Origin: an uncultured cyanobacterium
Lineage (GTDB): Bacteria; Cyanobacteriota; Cyanobacteriia; PCC-9006; JAAUQQ01
Assembly: GCA_963718615.1 (NCBI GenBank)
Contig: OY970368.1
Location: 32,001 to 96,000, forward strand
Length of the DNA: 64,000 nucleotides
Direction of reading: 5' to 3'
In this document: positions 1-10,499 of the stretch, piece after piece
Position numbering within the stretch: the first letter of the stretch is position 1
Layout of the letters: each line of letters starts with the position of its first letter
Program-made: the position numbers and the translations under genes
The notes under the pieces: generated by a model
Databases searched by the model: none
Seen by the model: the letters and a program-made list of their open reading frames with translations, nothing else
Told to the model about the DNA's origin: nothing

Positions 1-231
1 AGAAGTAGACCTATCAGAATACCGAAACTTTAGTGAGGTCTATGAGCGAATAGAAGAGTTTCTAGAGGAAGTGTATATGAAGAAAAGAATCCACTCGTCA
101 TTGAGCTATTTGACACCGGCTGAATTTGAAGAAAAGTGGATGCGCGGGCAACAGAATGCAGAAGTGTGATAAAAGTAAAATAACTCTCGCTTAGGCCAGA
201 TCTTTCTGTCCAAAGGAAGGGGTTCACTTCA
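1..231 (+). mobile_element. IS3-family element, right end: transposase C-terminus (2..169) plus terminal inverted repeat ending ...GGGGTTCACTTCA
   Basis: Frame from nt 2 reads EVDLSEYRNFSEVYERIEEFLEEVYMKKRIHSSLSYLTPAEFEEKW, the IS3 OrfB C-terminal R-x-H-S-S-L-x-Y-x-T-P-x-E-F-E motif. The element ends in CA at 230-231, typical of IS3. Confidence 0.8.
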
Positions 232-1020
232 AAGCGTTTCCTGACTTTGGGCAAAGTCGAATTCGATTCCCTCCCACTGGTTCGCCTCTGCGGCCTCGAC
301 CCAGTCTTTGACCAAGCCGTAGAGATTCGCGTGATTGGCCTTGAGCGTTAGGACATAGTCTGCCCCCTTGCCCCGAATCTGCTTGGCAATCGCCTTTTGA
401 GTCCCCATCGCATCAATCGTTACGATACAACCGTCCAGGGCGAGCATGTCCAGCAGCTTCGGAATCGCCGTGATCTCATTCGACTTTCTGTCCACCGGCA
501 TTTGACCGAGCACCAAACGATGCTCGCTGGCCCAGGCACTGACTTGATGCAGCGCTTTGAGCCTCTGGTTGCGGTCATAGGAGCCCCGTTGCGTTTTGCC
601 ATCCAAGGCAATCAGCTTGGCACTTCCCCCGTAGCTCACCAGCAGCTCCTGCACCCATTGCCGGAATCCCCGCTCGAAGGCGTCCGCATCAAGATGCTCA
701 AACACCCGCTCAATCGTATCGTGGGACGGAATACCGAACGGTAAGTCCAGAAAGCTTTCCAGCCACTTTTGTTTGCTACGTCCGTACACTTCTATCTCCT
801 CCCAGTGCTCCGCCCCGCACAACACTGCCAACAGCGAGATTCCGATAATTGATAGCAGAGGATGCCAGTAACGCCTATCACGCCTGGGGTCTTTGAGTCC
901 CTCGAATGCTTTCAGCCAGCCGCCCGGCGGCTGGCAACCTTCCCAAGACGGCTCTTTCCTAGCGGCCTGGAATCCTTCTGGCTTGACGCCAGCAACTTTG
1001 GGGGGATTCAGCATCTGCAA
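229..1020 (-). pseudogene. ISAs1-family transposase, 3'-truncated by the IS3 insertion
   Basis: Motifs DPRR, GIPSHDT, IALDGKT, KSNEITAIP, DAMGTQ, ADYVLTLKAN. Only 263 aa, and its stop codon is the terminal TGA of the IS3 end. Confidence 0.9.
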
Positions 1021-1103
1021 GTACCTATAGGCTTTACTCTCTCAGCTTTCCCTCTCTGACTCTCTCATCTTTTTCTCTCTGCTAAAGTGATGCGTTCGCC
1101 CTG
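232..1103 (-). mobile_element. ISAs1-family element, left part with left inverted repeat CAGGGCGAACGCATCA (1088-1103)
   Basis: Minus-strand CAGGGCGAACGCATCA resembles ISAs1-type ends and lies just upstream of the transposase. Confidence 0.75.
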
Positions 1104-1466
1104 GATTGGAGAAGTGAGGTTGGCGAATTCGGCGAAGTGGAAATGGGCTTCGCCGCGCATTCCGAGGCCGGGTTTGAAGTTGATAATTTTGGCGATCCTT
1201 CGGAGCTTGGCGAAGCCAATCGCATTAAAGTTCCGACCGGCTTGGATGATGGCTTGGATGGCGTTGTCATTGAGGGTGGAGTAGTGGCGATCGCCTATCT
1301 GAATATTCTGGCCTTGGCCGATGTAGATGTTGTATTTGCCGTCGAGTTGCTGGACGGTTTCGGGGCTGCGGCTGAGGTATTGACGTAGGATGGCTAGGTC
1401 GGTCGGGGTTGGGTTTCCGGTTTCGATGCGTTGCAAGATTTGCTTGAGTCCATCGGGGAGGAGCAT
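1065..1466 (-). pseudogene. EAD10-like N-terminal domain protein, interrupted by ISAs1 at ~1103
   Basis: MLLPDGLKQILQRIETGNPTPTDLAILRQYL...GKYNIYIGQGQNIQIGDR resembles the N-termini of the adjacent NACHT proteins. The last 12 codons are read from the IS end. Confidence 0.65.
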
Positions 1467-1606
1467 CGGATTTTGGGGCTGCTGGGAATAAGGTTTCTGG
1501 TTTGAGTTTTATTGTAGTTTGGGTGCTGATTATTACGCTGTTGGGGGGGGGTGAGGCATACTGAAGGCAGTTCAGATTTGCCCTCCTTAAATTTTTCTGA
1601 AGCCCT

Positions 1607-4600
1607 ATGGCGACGCCGGATGAGCTATTGCTTTTGGTAGACCGCATTCTCAGCATGGTTGGGGATGAGGGAATTGAGTTGGAGCGGTTGCAACGGATGG
1701 AGGGTGGGCAGGGGGTGATTCAGTATGTTGTCCAGATTGGGAAGTACAACACGAATGTGGGGCAGGGTGAGGGGATTGAGATTGGCGATCGCCTGGATCG
1801 CTCAATTCTAGAAGAAATTCGAGATTTGTTGCGATCTCAACTCGCTCCACCACCAACCGAAATTGACTGGCAGCAGGTGAGCCGATCGCTCCTCAATCAG
1901 CAAATCCAGCGCCTGACCACGAACCCGCTGACCCATGCCGAGGGCATTGCCTATCGGACAGAGCAGGTGTACGTGCCGCTGGGGTTGGTGGAGCGCAAGC
2001 AGGTGTCGCGTCGCCGGGAGGATGTGTCGCCGGAGCAAGGCTCGTTGCTGTATGAGGAGACGGAGATTATCCAGAAGTTTGAGCAGGGGACGTTTCTGGA
2101 GCAGGTGTTGCGGCAGGGGCAGAGTCCTCGGAGTGGGGGGCGACGGATTGCGGTGATTGGGGAGCCGGGAGCGGGGAAGACGACGCTGTTGCAGCAGATG
2201 GCCCGGTGGGTGGCGGAAAATATTGAGGGGGCGATGGCAATTTGGGTGTCGTTGGCAGATTTGCAGGGGCGATCGCTGGAGGATTATCTGCTGGAGCAGT
2301 GGTTGCCAGCAGCGGTGCAGCAGCAGGGACGGGCGGAGGCTTCGACCCAGGTAAAGGATGCATTGGTGGCGCAGTTTCGGGCGGGGCGGGTGTGGCTGTT
2401 GCTGGATGGGGTGGATGAAATGCCGGTGGCGGCGGGCAATCCGTTGAGTGAGATGGAGCGGCAGGTGCGGTTGGGGGGCTTATTGGCGCAGGCGCGGATC
2501 GTGTTGACTTGTCGGTTGAATCTATGGGATGGCGATCGGCATGCGCTGGATACGTTTGATGTGTATCGGACGTTGGAGTTTGCTTATCCGGGGCAAGTGG
2601 AGCAGTTTGTGGAGCAGTGGTTTGGGGCGTTGCCAGAGGCGCAAGTGGGGCAGGCGGAGAAGCTGTGTGAGGCGTTGCGGCAACCGGGGAAGGAACGGCT
2701 GCTGGATTTAGTGAAGAATCCGCTGCGGTTGACGCTGTTGTGTTTCAACTGGTATTTGGGGGAGGGGACGCTGCCGGAGACGAAGGCGGGATTGTATGAG
2801 CAGTTTGTGGCGGATTTCTATGAGTGGAAGCGTGAGCGGTTTCCGACGACAGCGGCGCAGCGGCGGCGGTTGAATGCGGCGTTGGGGGAGTTGGCGCGGG
2901 AGGCGATCGACAAGGAGGAAACGCGGTTTCGGCTACGGCATGACTTTGTGTGTGAGTTTTTGGGTGAGCCGGATGAACCTGATTCGTTGTTTCAGATAGC
3001 GTTGCGGTTGGGCTGGCTGAATCAAATCGGAGTGGATGAAGAAAATCGGCGAAAGGCGGTGTATGCGTTTTTTCATCCTACGTTTCAGGAGTATTTTGCG
3101 GCGTTAGCTATCAGGAATTGGGATTTTTTCCTGCCCTATGAACACAATAACGTCTCTCCCAAACCCATAGAAGGTAAAGACTATAGGATATTCGATACCA
3201 ACTGGCAAGAAACTATTCTAATGTGGAGCGGAAAATCACAGGAGTACGACAATAGAAGGGCATTTATCAAAGCTCTGATTGATTTTCAAGGCGGATGTAG
3301 CAATTTTTACTCCTACAGGGCATATTTCTTGGCTGCAATTGTTGCATCACAGATCGGCGAGCAAGAGTTATCCAAAGAAACTATAATAAATTTGATCGAT
3401 TTGAGCTTCTTCACTAGATTTGAGCCAACAGCAGATGCTGATAAATACTGGCTGCATTGTCCAGTTCAAGAACAAGCAAAAGAAATACTGCAATTCACGA
3501 AGCGGAGTATTGCGATTGACGAACTAATTCAAGCAATAGACATAACAAGCAATTTATATAAACAGAATGACCTGGCTGAATTGATGGGTAAAATCAGCCT
3601 GAAACATCCCAGAGCCATTGAATTTTTAACTCAATTAATGAATCGCTCTGAACATAAATTTTCCACTGTGGATATAGCAAAGAGTCTATGGCTTGTCGAT
3701 CCAGGAAATCTCAACGCAGTCAATAAATTTATTGACTTGCTCAGCCCTGAAGAAGAAAACATGGTGTCAAGCCGCGCTGCTCAGGTAGTAGCGAGTAATA
3801 ATATTCAATCTCCTGGAATTATTTCTGCTTTAATTAACTTGGCCAAAAAAGACGGAAATGACTTCACCCTCAGTTCACAAGAAGTTTTGAGAGGATTAGA
3901 GAAATTTGGAATCCGTAATAGATCTATAATTGACACTGTGATTAATTTAATTGATATAGCTAAAATTGATAAAAGTCATGAAAATCAGCGCGCCCTAATT
4001 CGAACTCTTGGAGAAATTGGATTGGAAGATTTAAAGGCATTGAGCTATCTAATCAATCTACTGGATAAAGTTGATGATGAACCTTCTCGGTGGTTGATTG
4101 CTGACAGCATCGGAAGAATCGGCAATAAAAGTCCGAAAACAATCTCTATTTTAACTAATTTAACTTCTGAATGCGAGCATGAATGGACTCGCCAACAAGC
4201 GGCTGAAAGCCTTCTGAAAATTGTGCCCGATCATCCTGACGCATTGAATTTACTTGTAGATTTATTATATGTTACAAAGAATTGGCGGACTCAGCATCGA
4301 ATAATCCGAAGCTTAGAGAAAGTAGGTTGCGGAAAGAGATTGGCAATTGAAAATCTAATTAGATTTGTTGACCAACAGTTCGATCAACGTAGTTGCAATG
4401 AACATTGTCTTTATATTTGCGAACAAGCTGCTGAAGTTCTAGGAAAAATAGATCCTGGCAATGAGAAAGCTACTCACATTTTGATTGAACTACTCAATAA
4501 TGAGGATAATAAACCAGGCACTAACAGAAATATCATTTGGAAACTGGGAGATATTGGAAAAGGCAATATCAAAGCAGTCGAAGCTTTAACTCATTTTTTT

Positions 4601-4876
4601 GAAAAAAAGTATAATGTCGAAGACTCTTTTGTCAAGTACTTGCATCAGAACAACATTTCATCTATACCTAGAAGTCTATGTAAAATTATGTCTATTGAAT
4701 CTTATCAATTAGTGATTCAGCATTTAAAAATATATCTATCTGAAGAATCGTACAAGGACGATTTTGACCGATTTAAATCTGCTTATGAGGTAGTTTGGCA
4801 CTGCGCTCAAAGTATGAGCTATACCGACTTTTATAGCGCATGGCATAGTGTTTATTCAGGGATGGAGCAAAAGTAG
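1607..4876 (+). CDS. NACHT NTPase (NLR-like) with EAD10-like N-terminus and C-terminal HEAT-like repeats
   Basis: Walker A GEPGAGKTT, Walker B LLLDGVDE, NPLRL, FFHPTFQEY, and HEAT-like repeats (AAESLLKI, AAEVLGKIDPGN). Confidence 0.9.
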   Translation: MATPDELLLLVDRILSMVGDEGIELERLQRMEGGQGVIQYVVQIGKYNTNVGQGEGIEIGDRLDRSILEEIRDLLRSQLAPPPTEIDWQQVSRSLLNQQIQRLTTNPLTHAEGIAYRTEQVYVPLGLVERKQVSRRREDVSPEQGSLLYEETEIIQKFEQGTFLEQVLRQGQSPRSGGRRIAVIGEPGAGKTTLLQQMARWVAENIEGAMAIWVSLADLQGRSLEDYLLEQWLPAAVQQQGRAEASTQVKDALVAQFRAGRVWLLLDGVDEMPVAAGNPLSEMERQVRLGGLLAQARIVLTCRLNLWDGDRHALDTFDVYRTLEFAYPGQVEQFVEQWFGALPEAQVGQAEKLCEALRQPGKERLLDLVKNPLRLTLLCFNWYLGEGTLPETKAGLYEQFVADFYEWKRERFPTTAAQRRRLNAALGELAREAIDKEETRFRLRHDFVCEFLGEPDEPDSLFQIALRLGWLNQIGVDEENRRKAVYAFFHPTFQEYFAALAIRNWDFFLPYEHNNVSPKPIEGKDYRIFDTNWQETILMWSGKSQEYDNRRAFIKALIDFQGGCSNFYSYRAYFLAAIVASQIGEQELSKETIINLIDLSFFTRFEPTADADKYWLHCPVQEQAKEILQFTKRSIAIDELIQAIDITSNLYKQNDLAELMGKISLKHPRAIEFLTQLMNRSEHKFSTVDIAKSLWLVDPGNLNAVNKFIDLLSPEEENMVSSRAAQVVASNNIQSPGIISALINLAKKDGNDFTLSSQEVLRGLEKFGIRNRSIIDTVINLIDIAKIDKSHENQRALIRTLGEIGLEDLKALSYLINLLDKVDDEPSRWLIADSIGRIGNKSPKTISILTNLTSECEHEWTRQQAAESLLKIVPDHPDALNLLVDLLYVTKNWRTQHRIIRSLEKVGCGKRLAIENLIRFVDQQFDQRSCNEHCLYICEQAAEVLGKIDPGNEKATHILIELLNNEDNKPGTNRNIIWKLGDIGKGNIKAVEALTHFFEKKYNVEDSFVKYLHQNNISSIPRSLCKIMSIESYQLVIQHLKIYLSEESYKDDFDRFKSAYEVVWHCAQSMSYTDFYSAWHSVYSGMEQK

Positions 4877-4924
4877 ACTTAGGATAAAATCTTGTTGAAA
4901 AATTTGACGCGTAAAGACATTACT

Positions 4925-7237
4925 CTACTCAACTTTTTTATGGTTGCGTTTTTCGATTTCAGAGATCGGCAACAACAATGTCTCTTCAATTTCCTTTTTT
5001 ATATTGTCACTCAATTCAAAATCTTCATTTAGGCAGTCAATCAAAAAAACATTAGCATTCCAATATAGCTTAATTCTTGCCTTGTTGGAATCCGTAAAGT
5101 TCCAATCATGAGCAATATCACAGTATGAAACTATTATCTTTCTAAATTTTTCGATAAAATCCGGCTGATTTTTATTCCACCAGTCATCATCAAATGATCT
5201 ACCATCAAAAACACTAGAAGGAACTTGATATAGCAACTCTTTTAAAGCCTGCTTGAGATTTAAACTATAGTTTAAACTTAACCCAAATCCAAGGAAGATA
5301 TTTGAGCTTTGTTGCGTCGCTTTAACTATATCGAGATTTAGGCCAAAAGCCTTATCTAATGAATTATTGACATCAATAGACTGATCCATTTGGAGAATTT
5401 TATTAATACTGCTAACAAGACTGCCATTGAATCCGTGAGGCGTCTCAATGTATGATTCAAAATCAACAGCTAAACGCAAATAAAATGCTCTTGCCATCGT
5501 TTTTCTAATGGGATTATTGAATTGACTAGATTTATTGTTTACCCACGTTAAAAACTGTTGATAAATATTTTCAGTACGCAAAATAGAATCGATTTCTTGC
5601 TTCATAGAATTTAGCAAAGTATTAACAGCTTGAGGGGTCATGGAACATCCTAGCAAGAAGATTTGCTTCCAATGAATATCTACAATATGCTTGGCTAAAT
5701 TCTTCCAATCCGCTCGAGCGCAAAACCACTTTGCTACCAAATACTCCTGAAAAGTCAGGTGAGAAAACGACCAAAGTCCCTTCGCCCTCTCAATAAGCAA
5801 TCCATGTTGCTGCGAGATCGCCCTCAACACCCCCCGACTCTCCCGCACCTCAATCCCCAAAAACTCCGCAATATACCCCTCAATCTCCGCCTGCTCAAAC
5901 AACACATACTGCGCTTGCTCAAACTTCTTCACCGCCAGATAGCCCAATAGCTCCAACTTCCGCTCCACCGACAAATCGCGATAAATCTCATCCCGCTCAA
6001 TCTCCCGCGCCCTGTCCCACTGCTCCAGCAATAGCTCCAACCCCTCCTCATAGAGCTTAGAACGCTTCGAGTAAAACTTCCCCGTCTGCTGAAACACCGC
6101 ACAGGTCAAACTCAACAAAATCGGGGTAATCGCCAATTCCCGAATCGGCTTGTTCTCCTCCCGAAAAAGCTGATCCAGAAATGCCTTTCCCTTTGCCTGT
6201 CCTACGGTGAGATCCCCGCAAACCGTCTGAAACCAATGCTCCGAAAATGCCCTCACCTGCGGATCATTAAAATCCGCCACCTCCACAGCATCAAACCGCT
6301 CAAACCGCGACTCCTGGCTCTGCGTCCGGCAGGTCACAATCACCTGCACCTGAGGATAGTCCCGCGCAAACCGCTTGATTTGCTTAACGATCGCCTGCCC
6401 ATCCGCCCCCGTCACCTCATCCAACCCATCCAGCAGCACCAGCGATCGCCCCGCCTCCAGCACTAACTGAACCTCTACGGCTGATAACCGCCAGCACCGC
6501 TCCAGATACCGCTCCACCACATAGTCCAGCGATCGCCCATCCTCCACAAACTCCCGCAGCCGAATCAACACCGGAATCCGGTGCGCCTGCAAATTGCCCG
6601 CATTACACTCCGTCACCACCCGCTGCAAATAGGTCGTCTTCCCCGAACCCGGCTTACCCACCACCATCAGGTTCGTATTCCTGTCCAACACCTCCAGCCC
6701 CGACACCCGCTGCCGTTCCTTACCCAACCCCATCCGATCCAAACTGCGATAGCCAGGATTCTGGCTGAAATCTTGCCACAGGTCAGCCAACTCCGATCGG
6801 CGATTGCTGCTCACCTCCTCCAAAATATTCACATCCACAAACAACTCCCCCAACGGTACCCAATGATCCACCCCCCAGAGCGGCATCGTGCCATGCAAGC
6901 GTTGAATGTCATCGTGGAGGCGCGATCGCACCTGCTCCACCAAATCATCGATCGCTGGTAATTCCGCAGTCGCCGATGGCAACGGTGGGGCCAATTGCTC
7001 CCGGATGGCTTGGGCGATCGCTCGGATCTGCTCATCGGTTAGAGTAGTGCGATCGCCAATATGCACTTGCCCCAAAGCTTTTTCGATGTTGACGACGTAC
7101 TTTCCCAGTTGAATTTGACCAGAATTATCACCAGAAGTCAGCCAGAGTTTTAGGCAAGCAATATCATTCGCTGTTAAGCTTCCTTGCTCCAGGTGCGACA
7201 GGATTAAGTCTAGATTCATCGGCTGATTTGAGGTCAT
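4925..7237 (-). CDS. NACHT NTPase with EAD10-like N-terminus and cyanobacterial NACHT C-terminal helical domain
   Basis: GKPGSGKTT, VLLDGLDE, TPILL, FSHLTFQEY, C-terminal IEETLLLP. Likely start is ATG 7237, directly after the caspase stop (the ORF track extends it to 7276). Confidence 0.9.
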   Translation of the reverse strand: MTSNQPMNLDLILSHLEQGSLTANDIACLKLWLTSGDNSGQIQLGKYVVNIEKALGQVHIGDRTTLTDEQIRAIAQAIREQLAPPLPSATAELPAIDDLVEQVRSRLHDDIQRLHGTMPLWGVDHWVPLGELFVDVNILEEVSSNRRSELADLWQDFSQNPGYRSLDRMGLGKERQRVSGLEVLDRNTNLMVVGKPGSGKTTYLQRVVTECNAGNLQAHRIPVLIRLREFVEDGRSLDYVVERYLERCWRLSAVEVQLVLEAGRSLVLLDGLDEVTGADGQAIVKQIKRFARDYPQVQVIVTCRTQSQESRFERFDAVEVADFNDPQVRAFSEHWFQTVCGDLTVGQAKGKAFLDQLFREENKPIRELAITPILLSLTCAVFQQTGKFYSKRSKLYEEGLELLLEQWDRAREIERDEIYRDLSVERKLELLGYLAVKKFEQAQYVLFEQAEIEGYIAEFLGIEVRESRGVLRAISQQHGLLIERAKGLWSFSHLTFQEYLVAKWFCARADWKNLAKHIVDIHWKQIFLLGCSMTPQAVNTLLNSMKQEIDSILRTENIYQQFLTWVNNKSSQFNNPIRKTMARAFYLRLAVDFESYIETPHGFNGSLVSSINKILQMDQSIDVNNSLDKAFGLNLDIVKATQQSSNIFLGFGLSLNYSLNLKQALKELLYQVPSSVFDGRSFDDDWWNKNQPDFIEKFRKIIVSYCDIAHDWNFTDSNKARIKLYWNANVFLIDCLNEDFELSDNIKKEIEETLLLPISEIEKRNHKKVE

Positions 7238-7238
7238 A

Positions 7239-8522
7239 TCAATTCTGCGATCGCCCCACAGAAACCATCTGAACATTGTGGATAGAGCAGTTAGGAGGCT
7301 CTTGCTCCGCCGATCGTTTCACCCAGACCATCTCGCAATCCGGATCTGGGCACACATACTTCACGGCTTGAAATGCTTGTGGCTGGGTGCTCCCAACAAT
7401 TTTATTACCCATCACTTTATCCCCACCAACTTTATCGCCCGCAACCTTATCACCAGCCACATAATCGCCCTGGGGACTATAGTTATCGCCAATATGGCCT
7501 GTAAAGTGTCCAGTACTGATGTTGTATTTGCCTCGCTGCTCAACATTCTGGCTTCCAAAGGAGTTGCCGCTACCTGTGACGATCGTTGAATCTGAGGCAT
7601 TACCGCCGATCGCTACCGATCGTTCGCCCGAAGCGAGAACCTGCGTCTGAGGCTTAGCCGCAGGAGTAGTCGTTTGCATCGCATCCCAGCCACCGGAAGG
7701 TAAACCCTTGCCCCCTTGAAGTAGCGCGATCGCAAATCGTTCCGTGTCTCGCATTTCAAAGCGTGGAGTTTGCTGCTGCTTCATTGCCGCTGCTGTGGTA
7801 GGGACAGTTTTCCCCAGGTGGTTCGCTAAGTCAAAGACGGTGACTTCTGTTGCACCGGCCTGACTTGCCGCACCTTGTAGGGCTTCAATCAAGTGGTAGG
7901 TGTAGACGCTCATGGCATTGTCCGGTCGAACCCAGGACTTCTCCTTGCCCCGGCAGGAGGTGAACACGACCCGTCCTTCTCCCTGTTGGAGTGCGTCGAG
8001 CATCCCTTTGGGGTCAGCGGTGGGGATGATGCCTTTGGGAAGTCGAGGCAATTCGGCCTTATCTTTAGCGGAGGCCATTCCCGCTGCATGGCAACAGTCG
8101 AGGATGACCAATAGGCGTTTGGCCTTGATGGCTTGCAAGGCTTGATTAAAGTCATCGGCAGGCAAAGCTGTATCCCGCCAGTCATAGGCATCAAAATCGT
8201 GAGGTACAAGGTAATAACGATCGCTGGTTTGTTCTAGCCAGCCATGCCCAGAGTAGTAGACAATGACGGTAGCTTCTGGGTCAGTGGCAACACGATCGCG
8301 CAGCCAAGTGAGATTGTTAAGAATTGCCGATTTGGTTGCCTGCTTGTCATGCAGCAGCCGGACATGTTGATCATTATCGGGATAGGCACAGAGGACGGGA
8401 CTGACTAGAATTTGACGTAGGGCCTGCATATCCTGAACGGTAACGGGGAGGGAAAGTTTGGGATCAGCGCATTGCCCTACGCCAATGAGCAGTGCATATC
8501 CATGATTAAAACGCTCAGTCAT
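7239..8522 (-). CDS. Caspase-family (peptidase C14) protease with Gly/Asn/Asp-rich tail and C-terminal Zn-ribbon
   Basis: YALLIGV, catalytic His in YYSGHG and Cys in ILDCCHA, QQQTP. Tail has GDKVxGDKV repeats and CPDPDC...CSIH. Confidence 0.88.
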   Translation of the reverse strand: MTERFNHGYALLIGVGQCADPKLSLPVTVQDMQALRQILVSPVLCAYPDNDQHVRLLHDKQATKSAILNNLTWLRDRVATDPEATVIVYYSGHGWLEQTSDRYYLVPHDFDAYDWRDTALPADDFNQALQAIKAKRLLVILDCCHAAGMASAKDKAELPRLPKGIIPTADPKGMLDALQQGEGRVVFTSCRGKEKSWVRPDNAMSVYTYHLIEALQGAASQAGATEVTVFDLANHLGKTVPTTAAAMKQQQTPRFEMRDTERFAIALLQGGKGLPSGGWDAMQTTTPAAKPQTQVLASGERSVAIGGNASDSTIVTGSGNSFGSQNVEQRGKYNISTGHFTGHIGDNYSPQGDYVAGDKVAGDKVGGDKVMGNKIVGSTQPQAFQAVKYVCPDPDCEMVWVKRSAEQEPPNCSIHNVQMVSVGRSQN

Positions 8523-8554
8523 TGCTCTAATCCCTTGAAAAATCACATTTTTCA

Positions 8555-9054
<500 letters not shown>

Positions 9055-9458
9055 TTTCTCCCATTGGTATCGCGATTGGTGTATTCAGTAGTCACTGATT
9101 TTGGTGCAGGTGAATTCTCTGGTTTGGCAAGTATCAACCGATCGCCCAAAGGTTCGATTTTACCAGGGACTTGAGACACGCTTGACCCGCTACGAGAAAT
9201 CCGCCCCTTTGATAATATCGCAGAAATTATGAGCACTTCCGACAGAATCATCTGTTAGACAATGCTGCCAAAACCATCCAAGTTGCTGATCTTGGATGGC
9301 TCTTACAACATCCTCCTCCAGAAGTTGTGCAACGGGCCTATCGCGATGGGCTGCCTACTGACCCCAAGATAAATTTTTAACAACTTTCCGGAAACTTTTG
9401 CTGGCCAAAGTGAATCCTATGAGAATAGGAGTTTAAATCTTCGTCCCACAGACAGACG

Positions 9459-10007
9459 GTGAGCATCGTGGTCGCACAACACAGTTCAGGTCAGCCCAAG
9501 GTGAGCAAAGCGGAGCAGGCTATTCCGCCGCAAATTGTTGCAGTTCACTGCCAACAGTCCCCCGCCCCTGGGGCTGTGCCTCATTCGCTTAAGCCTCCCA
9601 AACAAACCAAGGAACGCCTGGTCGCCAAATTTACCCAGGATATCGGCGGTGTTGCTAGCTACTGGAACCATATTCCGGCGGCGGAGCTGCGGGCGCTGGA
9701 TGACGTTTTGCAGGAACATCCCGAGGTGAAGGGGGCGATCGCCAACCTCATCCAACAACTCCAGGACGCCAAACAAACCAATACGCGGGTCAACCAGCGC
9801 AACTTTGGCCTCAATCAAACCGCCGCCAAACACGAGCGTACCGCTGACCGTCTCACCCAGGCCAATGCTCAATTAGAAAAAGAAAAGAACGAACTGATTA
9901 AACAAATTCATAACCTCGTTGCAACACTGACAAACTACGAAAACAGCGAACTGCGCCAAGCTGTCATTCGCGTGCGTAACTTCATTGCAGGGATGATCCA
10001 GCCATGA
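9459..10007 (+). CDS. Hypothetical coiled-coil protein
   Basis: 182-aa ORF with a heptad-rich C-terminal half and an ATGA overlap with the next gene. Start is uncertain. Confidence 0.65.
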   Translation: MSIVVAQHSSGQPKVSKAEQAIPPQIVAVHCQQSPAPGAVPHSLKPPKQTKERLVAKFTQDIGGVASYWNHIPAAELRALDDVLQEHPEVKGAIANLIQQLQDAKQTNTRVNQRNFGLNQTAAKHERTADRLTQANAQLEKEKNELIKQIHNLVATLTNYENSELRQAVIRVRNFIAGMIQP

Positions 10008-10423
10008 CCCCCAACCCCATGACCCCCAACCCCATCACCCGAAAACACCTACGTGCCCTCGGAGCCAGCGACTACCTCGCCAAGCGCCTCACCCGTGACC
10101 TAGCCCCTACGGGCCGAGTCGGACGAGCCAACATCTATGCACCAGCAACTGTTTTAAGCTCGATTCAAAATTTACAACATAATCAACGGATCAAACCAAC
10201 CACTCGCCAGGTTTTAGCTCAGTTGGAAACCGCCTTGCAAAAGACCCAAATCCCAGCCGACGATCCCCTCGCGGCGGCGATGGCGAAAGTTGCAGAAGCC
10301 AATGCTAGGTTTGAGGCAACGGCGCAGCAGGCCCGCAAAGTTTCCCAGGAATTTGATACCTATCGCCGTCAGCGGGGTAAGGATTTTAAGCCGAGCAACA
10401 ATGTCGTTAGTTTTTCGATTTAG
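10004..10423 (+). CDS. Hypothetical protein, possible N-terminal winged-helix/DNA-binding domain plus C-terminal helix
   Basis: 139-aa ORF translationally coupled to the upstream gene. The fold call is inference. Confidence 0.65.
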   Translation: MTPNPMTPNPITRKHLRALGASDYLAKRLTRDLAPTGRVGRANIYAPATVLSSIQNLQHNQRIKPTTRQVLAQLETALQKTQIPADDPLAAAMAKVAEANARFEATAQQARKVSQEFDTYRRQRGKDFKPSNNVVSFSI

Positions 10424-10499
10424 TAACTGGATTTTAACGACTGGATTGAGGGCTGAATGCTAGACGATTTTACGAGCTTGAAGTGAGTAGCTGAAACCT

